Shown here: positions 53,406 to 63,355 of the stretch, piece after piece
Layout: each line of letters starts with the position of its first letter
Numbering within the stretch: the stretch's first letter is position 1
Source of the DNA: Gemmatimonadales bacterium
Lineage (GTDB): Bacteria > Gemmatimonadota > Gemmatimonadetes > Gemmatimonadales > GWC2-71-9
Direction of reading: 5' to 3'
DNA: 64,000 bases
NCBI GenBank assembly: GCA_038205305.1
Contig: JBBRBZ010000003.1
Span: 440 to 64,439, forward strand
Position numbers and translations under genes: made by a program
Notes under the pieces: model-generated
What the model saw: only the letters and a program-made list of their open reading frames with translations
What the model was told of the DNA's origin: nothing
Database searches by the model: none

Positions 53406-56248
53406 TAGCTTTTCGCGTCCATCCAATTATCTCCAATCCCCACCGTCACCAGCAGCGGCACACTCAGCGATGCGGCGCCTTCCATGTGCTCCTTGACGAG
53501 GGCGGCGGTGGCATCGGCTTCGGCGGCCGGGGCCTCGACCACGAGTTCGTCGTGCACCTGGAGCAGCAGCCGCGACTGCAGGCCGGCGGCCGGCAGGGCG
53601 TGGTGAATGCTGATCATGGCGAGCTTGATCAAGTCGGCCGCGGAGCCCTGCAACGGCGTATTCTGCGCCGTGCGCTCGCCGAAGGAGCGGATGTTGAAGT
53701 TGCGATCGTTGATTTCGTTGATGTAGCGTCGCCGCCCGAAGAGGGTTTCGACGTAGCCTTTGTCGCGCGCAATGGTCACCTGATTGTCGAGGAAGGCGCG
53801 CACGCCGGCGAATCGGGTGAAGTAGTCGCCGATGAAACGCTTGGCCTCCTCCTGCGTGATCCCCAGCTGTTTGGAGAGCGCGAACGGTCCCTGCCCATAG
53901 ATGGTGCCGAAGTTGATGGTCTTGGCCCGCGCGCGCATCTCGCTGGTCACCTCGGTGAGCGGCACGCCGAAGATGATGGCCGCGGTCTGCCGATGAATGT
54001 CCTCGCCCCGACGGAACGCCTCAATGAAGGCTGGATCGCCCGAGAGGTGCGCCATCAGGCGCAACTCGATCTGCGAGTAGTCGGCCACCACAAATTTCCA
54101 GCCGCGTTGGGGAATGAAGCCCCGTCGGATCGCCTCGCCGCGCGGTGAGCGAATGGGAATGTTCTGGAGGTTGGGATCGGTCGAGGAGAGCCGACCGGTC
54201 TGCGCGCCGACCTGATTGAACGAGGTGTGAATCCGCCCGGTCTCACGATTGACCTTGGTGGGAAGCACGTCGACGTAGGTGCTCTTCAGTTTTTGCAACT
54301 CACGATAGGCCAGGATCCGCTTGGGGAACTCGTGCCCCATCTCGGCGAGCTGCTCGAGCACGTCGGCGTCGGTCGACGGACCGGTCTTGGTCTTCTTGAG
54401 GACGGGGAGGCCAAGGTCGGTGAAGAGGATCACCGCCAGCTGACGGGGCGAATTGATGTTGAGCGGCTTGTCGCCGGCCATCTGCTGGATTTCCTGCTCC
54501 AGCAACTGAAGATCGTGCGCCAGCTCTCGGCCGAGCCGCGCGAAGTGCTCGCCGTCGATGGCAATCCCGGCCCATTCCATGTCGACCAGCACGGGGAGCA
54601 GCGGCAACTCGATCTGTTCGAGCAGCGGTCGCAGCGCGGTGCGGTCGAGATCGGGGGAGAAGATCTCGTGCAGTCCGAGCACGGTCGCGCTGTCGGCGCC
54701 GCAGTACTTGGCGGCCTTCTCCACCGGAACCTCGGCGAAGGGTATCTGTGACTTTCCCTTGCCGGTGAGATCGGTGTACTGCGTCATCGTCTGGCCGAGG
54801 AACTCGAGGGCCAGCGCGTCGAGGCCGAAGGAGCGCCGTGAGGGGTCGAGGACGAACGCGGAGAGCATGGTGTCACAGGCGATACCCGCGACCTCGATGC
54901 CGGCGCGGCGCAGCACCTGGACGTCGTACTTGAGGTTGTGTCCTGCCTTGGGCACCGTGGCGTCGCGGAGAAGGTCGGCGATCGGGGCGCAGCGTGCGTC
55001 GGTGATCGGCGGCAGGTTCCTCACCGTCACGCTGGGCGAAGAGTCGGTCTGTTCCTCAGGAAAGAGCCCCTGCATCGGCGCGCGGTGCCCGAACGGGAGG
55101 TACCAGACCTCGGTCGGGCTCGCGGCCAGTGACAAGCCGATGAGCTCGGCGTCGTGCGGCTCGAGTGAGGACGTCTCGGTGTCGATGGCCAGCAGCGGCG
55201 CCTGTCGCAGCCGGGCGGCGAGAGCGGGCAGCGCGGTCGGATCGTCCACCACGGGCACCACGAGCTCGGGCACCGGCGGCAGGATCGCTGCTGCGACGGC
55301 CACGCCGTCGGCCGACGCTGGATCGGCGCCCGTGGTCACGCCACCCCCCAGACGATCGACCCGCGACATCAGCGAATGGAATTCCAGCTCGGCACAGAGC
55401 TTCGCCAGCGCCTGACGATCGGGGGGCTCGATCTCCGCGGCGGCGAGATCGAGTTCGACCGGCACGTCGAGCATGATGGTCACCAGCTGCTTGGAGAGCC
55501 TTGCCATGTCGGCTTGGGTCTCGAGCGCCGTGCGGGACCGCTTCTGCTTCACCTCGGAGACGTGCTCGAGAATCGCCTCGAGCGAGCCGAATTCCTGCAG
55601 CAGCAGGACAGCGCCCTTCTCACCAATGCCCTTCACGCCGGGCACGTTGTCGGAGGAGTCGCCGAGCAGGGCGAGATAGTCGCGCACCTGGGAGGGCGGC
55701 ACACCGAGTCGGTCGGAGGCATTCGCCTCGGTGACCCACACTTCGTCGACGCCCGCGGGGCCGCCGCGACCGGGGTTGAGCAGGGTGACGCCAGGGCGAA
55801 TCAGCTGGTAGAAGTCCTTGTCGCCGGAGACGATCACGGCCTCGAGTCCGCTGGACGCCGCCTTCACGGCGAGCGTTCCGATCACGTCGTCGGCTTCGTA
55901 GCCATCAACCTCGACCAGGGGAATGCGGAACGCGGCGAGCAGCGCGCGGACCCGCTCGACGGCCGTGTCGAAATCGGCCTGCAACTCGGCGTCGAGCTTT
56001 TCGCGGGTGGACTTGTACTCGGCGTACGCCGCGGTGCGGAACGAGTCGCCTGCATCGTTGACCCAGAGCAGGTAGTCGGGGCGGTACTTCTCGCGCAGAC
56101 GGAGGAGAAAGTTGATGACGCCCCACGCCGCCGAGGTGTTCTCTCCCTTGGCGGTGCGAAGCGGCCGGCTGATGAGGGCGAAGAACGCCCGGTAGATGAG
56201 CGCGTAGCCGTCGATCAGGAACAGTTGCGGCGGATCGTGCTCCGGCAT
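53405..56248 (-). CDS. polA: DNA polymerase I
   Basis: 947 aa. 5'-nuclease N-terminus (LFLIDGYALIYRAFFA), a 3'-5' exonuclease-like domain and polymerase motifs (DYSQIELR, RRxAKTINFGxIYG, QVHDELV). Confidence 0.97.
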
Positions 56249-56258
56249 CAGCGGCGGA

Positions 56259-57629
56259 CTACCGCTGGCGCTGGACGCGCGTCTTGATCCTCTCGAAGTC
56301 GGAACGCGACGTGGGCGTCAAGCGGAATCGCCCGAAGCCGGTCTGGTCCTGAAAGTAGAGCGTGATGCGATACTCGGTGTAGTTCCACTGGTAGTACCGC
56401 CCATTGAATTGCAGTGTCGGCGACGCGTCGAGGATCTCGTCGGGATCTCCGAGAACGATAAACACCTCACCCCGATCGGTGCGCCACCCGGCGCCGCCCT
56501 CACTCCGGTAGCGCTGATTGGCGATCGCCACCCGGCTGAAGTAGAGATCCATTGCCTCGTTGTTGGGCGTGCTGGGCACCGGATCGGTCTCGTGGTAGAA
56601 CTGCTTCCAGAGCTCGACGCGATCGGTCGCCTTGGCCTTCTGGATCTTGGAGAGCTTGTTGTCCTCGCCGAAATAGCGGAGGAGGGAGATCAGGTCGTCG
56701 AAATTGGTGACCACCCATGCCGCCGAGAAGGAGACCAGGGCGTTGGTCCGCCGGGTGCCCATGGTGGTGTCGCCCAAGATGATCTCGAGCTGCCCCAGCG
56801 GGACCGAATCGGGAGCGATGCGAAGATACTGGCTCTCCACCTGCCGTTCGCCGGTGAAATGGATGCTGGTGCTGAACACCAGGCTGTCCTGGTCGTCACG
56901 CACCTGCAGCGGCACCGAGGTGGGCTTGGAGTAACCGACTCCTTCGAGGTAGATGAGGAGGGTATCGCCGCCGTAGGCGACCGTCCCCCGCGGATTCATC
57001 ACGATGGAGAGCGAATCAGCGCGGGAGCCCCTGGCACGGACTTCATAGGCGAGGATCGGCGCGGTGAAGGAGCCGGCCCGGAAGGCAGGGACGACGAGCT
57101 TCTGCGTCGCGGTGCCCACCTGCGCGTTGGTGAGGTCCCGAACCCGGACAGTGAGGGTGTAATCACCGGGGGTCAGGGTGAACTGTTCCTGAAGCAGGAC
57201 ACTTTCGTCGCTGCGAACCGTTTCGGCGAAGGTGGCGACCCGAATGGCCTGATCGTGCCCCACCGTCACCGGCGGTGCCCCCGGCCGATCGAACTGGTAG
57301 TCCACCCGGTAGCGGGCGCCGAACCCCTGACCATCGCGCTGGAAGGCGAATTCCCGGTTGGCGAGGGAGAGTCCCACCAGCGCCCGGGTCGAGTCGCCGT
57401 GCCCGGGGACGAAGGCGACACTGCCGACGTAGTGGACCTGGTCGGTGGAAATCAGGTGCCCGAGGCGTCCGTAGCTGGTGCTGACGTTCAGCAGCTGGAC
57501 CAGCTGGTCCTCGGGCGTGGGGGTGTTGGTGGAGCCCACGCGTTGCCAAGAGCCACATCCTGCCACAAGCGGCAGGGAGACGAGCAGCACCCAAAGGGCG
57601 CGACGGAGACCGGGATGGAGTGGGTGCAT
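56259..57629 (-). CDS. GWxTD domain-containing lipoprotein
   Basis: Start at MHPLHPGLRRALWVLLVSLPLVAGC (lipobox). C-terminal GGAGWRTDRGEVFIVLGDPDE motif. 10 nt upstream of polA. Confidence 0.8.
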   Translation of the reverse strand: MHPLHPGLRRALWVLLVSLPLVAGCGSWQRVGSTNTPTPEDQLVQLLNVSTSYGRLGHLISTDQVHYVGSVAFVPGHGDSTRALVGLSLANREFAFQRDGQGFGARYRVDYQFDRPGAPPVTVGHDQAIRVATFAETVRSDESVLLQEQFTLTPGDYTLTVRVRDLTNAQVGTATQKLVVPAFRAGSFTAPILAYEVRARGSRADSLSIVMNPRGTVAYGGDTLLIYLEGVGYSKPTSVPLQVRDDQDSLVFSTSIHFTGERQVESQYLRIAPDSVPLGQLEIILGDTTMGTRRTNALVSFSAAWVVTNFDDLISLLRYFGEDNKLSKIQKAKATDRVELWKQFYHETDPVPSTPNNEAMDLYFSRVAIANQRYRSEGGAGWRTDRGEVFIVLGDPDEILDASPTLQFNGRYYQWNYTEYRITLYFQDQTGFGRFRLTPTSRSDFERIKTRVQRQR

Positions 57630-57739
57630 GGTTTGTAAACTATATGACGAATGAGACGCCCCGGATATGACCGGGGGCGGGCGACCCCGCGTCGGCGCTT
57701 GCCGCCGGACCGGGGCGTGGGATACCTTTGCGGCATCCC

Positions 57740-58627
57740 ATGGCACAAGATCCTTTGATCGGGCAGACCATCGCGGGCTACACCATCCGGCGAGCGGTGG
57801 GCGAGGGCGGCACCGCCCAAGTCTATCTCGCCGAGCACGCTGAGCGCGGAAAAGTCGCACTCAAGGTGCTTCGGCCGCGCCTGGCCACCGATCCGGTGGC
57901 CATCAAGCGCTTCCTGCGGGAGTCAGAATTTGGCGCCCGGGTGATCCACCCCAATGTGGTGCGCACCTTCGAGTTCGGCGAATCGAACGGGGTCCAATAC
58001 CTGGCACTGGAATGGGCCGACGGCGAGCCGCTGGAGACCTTCATCACCAAGGCCGGCAAGCTGACGCCACCAGTCGCGGCCAACATCGTCAGCCAGATCG
58101 GCAACGCCCTTCAGGCAGCACACGGCCAGGGCATCATCCACCGCGACCTGAAGCCAGCCAACATCATGTACGACCCGGTCACGCAGACGGCTCGGCTGCT
58201 CGACTTCGGCATCGCGCGCGACGCCGAACTGCCAGCTGAGGAGCGGTTGACGCGCGCCGGCTTTTTCGTCGGCACGCTGCAATACGTGGCACCCGAGGCA
58301 CTGTCGGGCGAACTGGTCGGGGAGCAGGCGGACGTTTATTCGCTGGCCGTGATCGCCTATCAGCTGCTCACCGAGGTCACGCCGTTCCCGGGAAAGAACC
58401 CCCGTGAACTGTTCCAGCAGCTGCTCACGCAGGACCCAATCTCGCTCAACCAGGCCGACAAGAGCGTGAAGTTTTCGCCGCGCCTGGAAGAAGTCGTGAT
58501 GAAGGGACTCTCCCGCGACATCAGCAAGCGCTGGAGGACGGTGGGCGATTTCACCGCCGCCTTCGCCGAAGCCGCGACCGCAGAACCGGAGAAGAAGGGA
58601 TTCTTCTCTTCTCTCTTCAAGAAGTAG
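57740..58627 (+). CDS. Ser/Thr protein kinase (Hanks type), kinase domain only
   Basis: Start at MAQDPLIGQ. GEGGTAQVY, VALKVL, HRDLKPANIM, DFGIA, APE. No TM or sensor domain after the catalytic core. Confidence 0.9.
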   Translation: MAQDPLIGQTIAGYTIRRAVGEGGTAQVYLAEHAERGKVALKVLRPRLATDPVAIKRFLRESEFGARVIHPNVVRTFEFGESNGVQYLALEWADGEPLETFITKAGKLTPPVAANIVSQIGNALQAAHGQGIIHRDLKPANIMYDPVTQTARLLDFGIARDAELPAEERLTRAGFFVGTLQYVAPEALSGELVGEQADVYSLAVIAYQLLTEVTPFPGKNPRELFQQLLTQDPISLNQADKSVKFSPRLEEVVMKGLSRDISKRWRTVGDFTAAFAEAATAEPEKKGFFSSLFKK

Positions 58628-58630
58628 CCC

Positions 58631-59419
58631 ATGCCTGCGGCCCATGACGCGCTCGTGGCGCTGCTCAAGCAGCGCTCGGTGAAGTTCGGCGATTTCACCC
58701 TCGCCTCCGGCGCCAAGTCCGACTGGTACATCGATTGTCGCCTCACCACCATGTCAGCACAGGGCCAGCACTTGATCGGCCGCATTGGTCTCGAGGCGAT
58801 CTTGGCGGCGCAGTGGTCGCCGCGCAGCGTCGGCGGGCTCACCATGGGCGCCGATCCGGTGAGCTACGCCATCGCGGCGGCGAGCGCGGGGCGCCACATC
58901 GATCCGATCGATGCCTTCTCGGTGCGCAAGGAAGCGAAGCAGCATGGCACCGGCCGACGCATCGAGGGGAACTTCGCCGCCGGTGACGCGGTGGTGGTGA
59001 TCGAAGATGTGATCACCTCGGGCGCCTCGGCCCTGCTGGCCATCGACGCCGTGCGCCACGAGGGCGGCACGGTCATCGGTGTGCTGGCGGTGGTCGATCG
59101 CGAGGCGGGTGGCGTGGAGAAGATCGAAGCCGCCGGGGTGCCGGTCGTCGCGCTCGTGAAGGCGAGTGAGCTTCGAGCACCGTGTTGGGGGGGGCGACGA
59201 ATGCGTCGCCCCCGCCATGCACGTGCCTCCTCGCCCCTCCGTTCTCCGTCATCCCCTCCCCGGCGCCAACGGCCGGAACTGCCGCCACAACTGGACATGC
59301 GGGCGCACGAATCGCGACAGAAATCGATCGAGCACCATCGAGAAAGGAAAGCGCGCCCGGAATTCACTCGGCGTGATTCCCAACACCACGCGCAGGTGTC
59401 GACCGAACGATTGTGGTGA
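58631..59419 (+). CDS. pyrE: Orotate phosphoribosyltransferase; 3' boundary doubtful
   Basis: FGDFTLASGAKSDWYIDCR, PRPP loop VVVIEDVITSGAS. The conserved part ends near 59175. The ORF continues about 80 codons (Arg/Pro-rich) into the convergent regulator gene before the first stop. Confidence 0.8.
   Translation: MPAAHDALVALLKQRSVKFGDFTLASGAKSDWYIDCRLTTMSAQGQHLIGRIGLEAILAAQWSPRSVGGLTMGADPVSYAIAAASAGRHIDPIDAFSVRKEAKQHGTGRRIEGNFAAGDAVVVIEDVITSGASALLAIDAVRHEGGTVIGVLAVVDREAGGVEKIEAAGVPVVALVKASELRAPCWGGRRMRRPRHARASSPLRSPSSPPRRQRPELPPQLDMRAHESRQKSIEHHRERKARPEFTRRDSQHHAQVSTERLW
59237..59250. repeat. Two-unit heptamer remnant (CTCCGTT CTCCGTC)
   Basis: Same CCGTTCTCCGTCATCCC string as at the sufB stop (41594-41610). 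The TCA is the complement of the regulator stop codon. Confidence 0.6.
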
Positions 59420-60088
59420 GGCGTAGTCGAGTCGGTACGCCACATCGGCGACGTTGAGATCGCCCTCGTCGAAGAGTCGTGCGGCGTGGCAGAGCCGCAC
59501 CGCGACGAGATGATCCTTGGGGCTCGCCAGTCCGGTGCGAACGAAGCGCGAAACGAAGGTCGATGGCGTGATCGACAATCGCAGGGCGAGCTGCCGCACC
59601 GTGGTGGTTTCCGGCGCACTGCGCACCAACTCCTCCCAGAAGCGGCGACCACTGGGTGTCAGACCGCCGACCGTTTCCAGCACCGGGCCGAGAATGGACT
59701 GCGCCCGTTCGGCGGGTGGCGCGCCGAGGACTTCGCGGAGCCGGCGCCAGCCGGAGGGGTCGGTGGCATCGACCACCTGGCGCACGCCGGTGGCGCCAAG
59801 CCGGAGGAGCGCTTCGGCATCGCCGGGCTCGCGCGACGTGACCAGTGCGATGGTGGGGATGGCGGGGAAGGCGCGAGCGAACTGCTCGAGCAAGGCGGGG
59901 GAATCGCCGGTGCAGCGACGCACCGACACCAGCATCGCGTCGACAGGTCGTTCGCGGACCACGCGGATCGCCTCGCGAATCGACTCGCGGTGCACCAGGG
60001 AGAAGCAGCCGCTGCCCGCGGCGTCGGCACGAGTGCGTTCGGTTGGTTCCAGGACGGCGGCAATGGTCGGCGTAGCGCTGCTCGGCAT
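59249..60088 (-). CDS. AraC/XylS family transcriptional regulator with N-terminal receiver-like (probably non-phosphorylatable) domain
   Basis: C-terminal double HTH (TVRQLALRLSITPSTFVSRF, VADVAYRLDYASPQSFGRHLRVVLGITPSEFR). N-terminal alpha/beta domain resembles a receiver but has LVSV where the acceptor Asp is expected. Confidence 0.8.
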   Translation of the reverse strand: MPSSATPTIAAVLEPTERTRADAAGSGCFSLVHRESIREAIRVVRERPVDAMLVSVRRCTGDSPALLEQFARAFPAIPTIALVTSREPGDAEALLRLGATGVRQVVDATDPSGWRRLREVLGAPPAERAQSILGPVLETVGGLTPSGRRFWEELVRSAPETTTVRQLALRLSITPSTFVSRFVRTGLASPKDHLVAVRLCHAARLFDEGDLNVADVAYRLDYASPQSFGRHLRVVLGITPSEFRARFPFSMVLDRFLSRFVRPHVQLWRQFRPLAPGRG

Positions 60089-60221
60089 CGGATCCCTCGG
60101 GTTGGGGTGCCGACACGATGGCGATCTCTCATCAACCGCCCCTCAATTGCCACCACCACCCGCTTGCGGCTCGGCGCGACCGCACAACGCATCGGGGGGT
60201 GCGCAGTGCTACTTTGGGGCA

Positions 60222-60607
60222 CGGGTTGGACGCGATGATCGCGGTCCTGGGCGCGAGCCCGGGGTCGAGGAAAGTCCGAGCTCCACAGGGCAGATCGCCA
60301 GGTAACGCCTGGGCACCGCAAGGTGACGGACAGGGCAACAGAGAACAGACCGCCGATGGCCCGGCGCGCAAGCAACGGGATCAGGCAAGGGTGAAACGGT
60401 GGGGTAAGAGCCCACCGCCTCTCATGTAAGTGAGGGGGCACGGCAACCCCCGGTCGGAGCAAGGCCAAATAGGCGGCAAGGTGCGGCCCGCACCGTCTGA
60501 GCCGCGGGTAGGCTGCTCGAGGCCGTCGGCGACGACGGTCCCAGACAGATGATCATCTCCCAAGCCTCACGGCGAGGGAAACAAAACTCGGCTTACGGTC
60601 CGACCCG
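60222..60607 (+). ncRNA. rnpB: RNase P RNA, bacterial type A
   Basis: Near-identical to universally conserved blocks: GAGGAAAGTCCGAGCTCCACAGGGCAG, CCAGGTAACGCCTGGG, ACAGAGAACAGACCGCCGATGGCC, GATCAGGCAAGGGTGAAACGGTGGGGTAAGAGCCCACCG, GGAGCAAGGCCAAATAGG, GGTAGGCTGCT, ACAAAACTCGGCTTAC. Ends set by P1 pairing CGGGTTGGAC / GTCCGACCCG. Confidence 0.95.
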
Positions 60608-60642
60608 CGCGCCCCTCGATGCCTCTGGCCTCGAGGGGCGCG
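60608..60642 (+). terminator. Hairpin immediately after rnpB
   Basis: CGCGCCCCTCGA-11 nt loop-TCGAGGGGCGCG, a perfect 12-bp stem, followed by ATTGTGTGG. Confidence 0.65.
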
Positions 60643-60796
60643 ATTGTGTGGCGGCTGACCGAATCCTCGTCCCCACCTCCCTCGTACGGCCCCAACCGCT
60701 AAATTGCGGGCGGGAAGCGGCACTCCCCCGGAAACGCTCCGGGCGGACGGAACATTCCACGCGTTGGCGAGACGCGTCTACACGGGAGTCACACTG

Positions 60797-61588
60797 ATGC
60801 TGGCAGCACTTCTTGCCCTTGCAGGCTCAGGACCAGGCCCGGTCAAGCCGATCGTCGTGCCGGCCCCGGTTCACTACCGCATCGATGCCAAGTTGCGTCA
60901 GGACGTCGACCTCACCGCGGTGGGACAGCCGCCGATGTCCTCCGACCTGACGGCGAACATCTTCCTCAGCCTGACGATGTCGGACACCACCGGCGGGAAG
61001 CTGGCGCATGTGATCATCGATTCGATGAGGCTTGCCGCGACCGGCCAGTTGCAGCAGGCCTATCCGCAGTCGGTCGCCGACTCGGCCGAGGGGACCTTCA
61101 TGAACGCCTACATCGTTGGCGGCCGGGTGCAGGGCAACCCCACGCTGCGGGGCATGAAGGACAACGCCGCGCAGGATGTCGAGAATTCCGCCACGTCGCT
61201 TGCTCGGCAGACCCTCTCCCTCCTGTTCGCGGGCACCCGCAGTGGCAAGCAGGTCGGCGAGGGCTGGACCGATACCACTGAGTCAAGCAACACCAGCCCG
61301 AGCGGCACACAGAAGACCAAGGTCATCCATGACTGGAAGGTGACTGGCGTCGAGGGTGGGGTGATCACGATTGAAGGCAGCGGCAACAGCACGTTGAGCC
61401 TTGATGGTGGGCAGCAGACCTACATCGGCACCGCCACCAGCAAGACGACGGTCACCTCGCCCGCCGGGGGTCCCTCCACACATGCCACGATGCACTCGAA
61501 CCAGGCACTGCAGGTGACCGCGCCCGGCCTTCCCGAGCCGATCCCGGTGACGGCGGTGTCGGACCTGACGCTCACGATCCTGCACTGA
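60797..61588 (+). CDS. Secreted hypothetical protein (beta-rich)
   Basis: Start at MLAALLALAGSG with GGGAG upstream. Thr/Ser/Gly-rich strands. No family recognised. Confidence 0.55.
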   Translation: MLAALLALAGSGPGPVKPIVVPAPVHYRIDAKLRQDVDLTAVGQPPMSSDLTANIFLSLTMSDTTGGKLAHVIIDSMRLAATGQLQQAYPQSVADSAEGTFMNAYIVGGRVQGNPTLRGMKDNAAQDVENSATSLARQTLSLLFAGTRSGKQVGEGWTDTTESSNTSPSGTQKTKVIHDWKVTGVEGGVITIEGSGNSTLSLDGGQQTYIGTATSKTTVTSPAGGPSTHATMHSNQALQVTAPGLPEPIPVTAVSDLTLTILH

Positions 61589-61698
61589 CGTCGCCCGGCC
61601 CCCATCCGCCCGCCACCGGTCGCGAGACCAGTGGCGGGTTGGTGTTTCCAGGCGATGCCTCGTTCGTCGTGTTGTTGCACCCTGCAGCGGCGGAGCCT

Positions 61699-62553
61699 AT
61701 GCGGTTCTTGGACCTGAAGTGCTCACCACGAAAGCTGTTGGCCCTCACCTTCGGCACACTGCTGGCTGCCTGCGGCGGAAAGCCACCAGTCACCACCCCG
61801 ACGCCAACGACATCCCGGGCCGCCACAGTCAGGATGGCGATGGGCTGGAGCGCCGCCGTGACGCTCAGTCGCAACGACTCGATCGTGCTGACCATGCCGG
61901 GCAACGAGACACAGCTGCAGCAGACCAGCCGCCGGGCCGCCTTCACCCTGACGGTGGATCAGCGCGGTGGGATGACGCTTCGGCTCGACTCCCTCAGTCT
62001 GGTCCCTTTTCCGGAGCGGGCCTCCATCCCGATGGTTGGAACGGTCTGGACCGGGCGGATGCTGGGCAACCGGGTGGAGTGGTACGCGACCGCCGGGGCC
62101 GGGCCAGTGATCGAGAATCTGACGACTGACATCGCCGGTTTCTTCCCCCATTTGCCGGCTGGCGGAGTCAGCCCCTCCTCCCGCTGGAGCGATACATCGA
62201 CATCGCGGGGCAGGGTAGACATCTTCGAGACCAGCGAGCGTTCCACGGCGAACTGGGTTGCCGGGGCCGACACGCTAATTTTGGGGCAGCCGGGACTGTT
62301 GATCACGGAGGAGCGCTCGCTGGAACAGTCCGGCAAGGGCGCAGAGGGGAGCATGACGATGTCGATGACAGGACAGGGCGTTCGTAGTAACACATACTAC
62401 CTAAGGACAAGCGGGGAAATTTCCTCGGTAACCCGTCGTGACTCGATGGCCGTGCTGATCAGCGTCCCCGCGTCGCACCAGCTCGTCCCCACGACCCGGT
62501 TCATCCGGAGCAAGGTGGTCTTTTCGCCGATGATGCGTGGCCGCACTCCGTAA
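61699..62553 (+). CDS. Hypothetical lipoprotein
   Basis: Start at MRFLDLKCSPRKLLALTFGTLLAACGG (lipobox) with GGAG upstream. Loosely similar layout to the preceding gene. Confidence 0.6.
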   Translation: MRFLDLKCSPRKLLALTFGTLLAACGGKPPVTTPTPTTSRAATVRMAMGWSAAVTLSRNDSIVLTMPGNETQLQQTSRRAAFTLTVDQRGGMTLRLDSLSLVPFPERASIPMVGTVWTGRMLGNRVEWYATAGAGPVIENLTTDIAGFFPHLPAGGVSPSSRWSDTSTSRGRVDIFETSERSTANWVAGADTLILGQPGLLITEERSLEQSGKGAEGSMTMSMTGQGVRSNTYYLRTSGEISSVTRRDSMAVLISVPASHQLVPTTRFIRSKVVFSPMMRGRTP

Positions 62554-63355
62554 GAAACGGAGCCTGCTGCGAAAGCTCCTCCTCGGCCTGGTGTTGGCGG
62601 TGGGGCTCTTCGTCATCTGGCTTTTCGCGGTCTGGCCCCCGCCACTCTGGTATCGCTTTGCCTTCCCCCACGAGACGGCGTTCATGGCGATGCGGCGCCA
62701 CGAGGACCCGCTCGCGGCCACCAAGCGGCGCTACCAGCCGGTCCCGATGGAGCAAATCGCCCCGGCGCTGACGCGGGCCGTGATGATCGGCGAGGACAAT
62801 CGCTTCTACGACCACGGCGTCTTCGACTGGGTGGAAGTCCGCCATGCCATGGGATATCCGCGCGATTCCTTCGCCTGGGGCAGTGCCCGGGATCGCGGCG
62901 AGCTCTGGCGAAGCTACCGGCGCACCATGGCGGGCAAGAAGCCAATGCGCGGCGCCAGCACGCTCACCCAGCAGCTCGCGAAGAACCTCTACCTCTCCCC
63001 CTCCCGGAACCCGCTCCGCAAGGTCAAGGAGGCGTTCACCGCCTGGCGGCTCGAGCTCTGGCTCCCCAAGGACCGGATCATGGCGCTCTACCTCAACACC
63101 GCCGAGATGGGCAACGAGGTGTGGGGGGCAGAGGCGGCGAGCCGACTCTATTTTGGGAAGGGTGCGCGCGCGCTCTCCTCAGAAGAGGCGGCGACCTTGG
63201 CTGGCCTGCTGCCATTTCCGCGGAGTAGTAATCCCAACTACCGACCAGGAAGAATGGCTTGGCGGCGGGATCTGATTTACCAACGGATGACGGGGAGGAG
63301 TGTAGAGGTACCTGTGGATACTACTAGCATTGTGGGGGCGGACAGCCTCAGGTGA
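62537..63355 (+). CDS. mtgA: Monofunctional peptidoglycan glycosyltransferase (GT51)
   Basis: GTG start, N-terminal TM anchor. GT51 motifs IGEDNRFYDHGVFDW, GASTLTQQLAKNLYL, RKVKEAFTAWRLE, ILALYLN-type MALYLNTAEMG. Confidence 0.9.
   Translation: MAALRKKRSLLRKLLLGLVLAVGLFVIWLFAVWPPPLWYRFAFPHETAFMAMRRHEDPLAATKRRYQPVPMEQIAPALTRAVMIGEDNRFYDHGVFDWVEVRHAMGYPRDSFAWGSARDRGELWRSYRRTMAGKKPMRGASTLTQQLAKNLYLSPSRNPLRKVKEAFTAWRLELWLPKDRIMALYLNTAEMGNEVWGAEAASRLYFGKGARALSSEEAATLAGLLPFPRSSNPNYRPGRMAWRRDLIYQRMTGRSVEVPVDTTSIVGADSLR

Noticed and set aside
59187-59194. pyrE extension explained by a sequencing frameshift in the G8 run
   Set aside because: All three plus-strand frames remain open from here to about 59420, because the region is constrained by the minus-strand regulator gene. 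A +1 or -1 correction would therefore not restore a nearby stop. This remains unresolved rather than being a simple indel.
59659-60468. 269-aa minus-strand ORF and other ORFs (60118..60429, 60209..60415) across 60.1-60.5 kb
   Set aside because: They overlap the RNase P RNA, whose conserved blocks are unmistakable. Their composition is Arg/Pro/Ala-rich shadow-ORF type.
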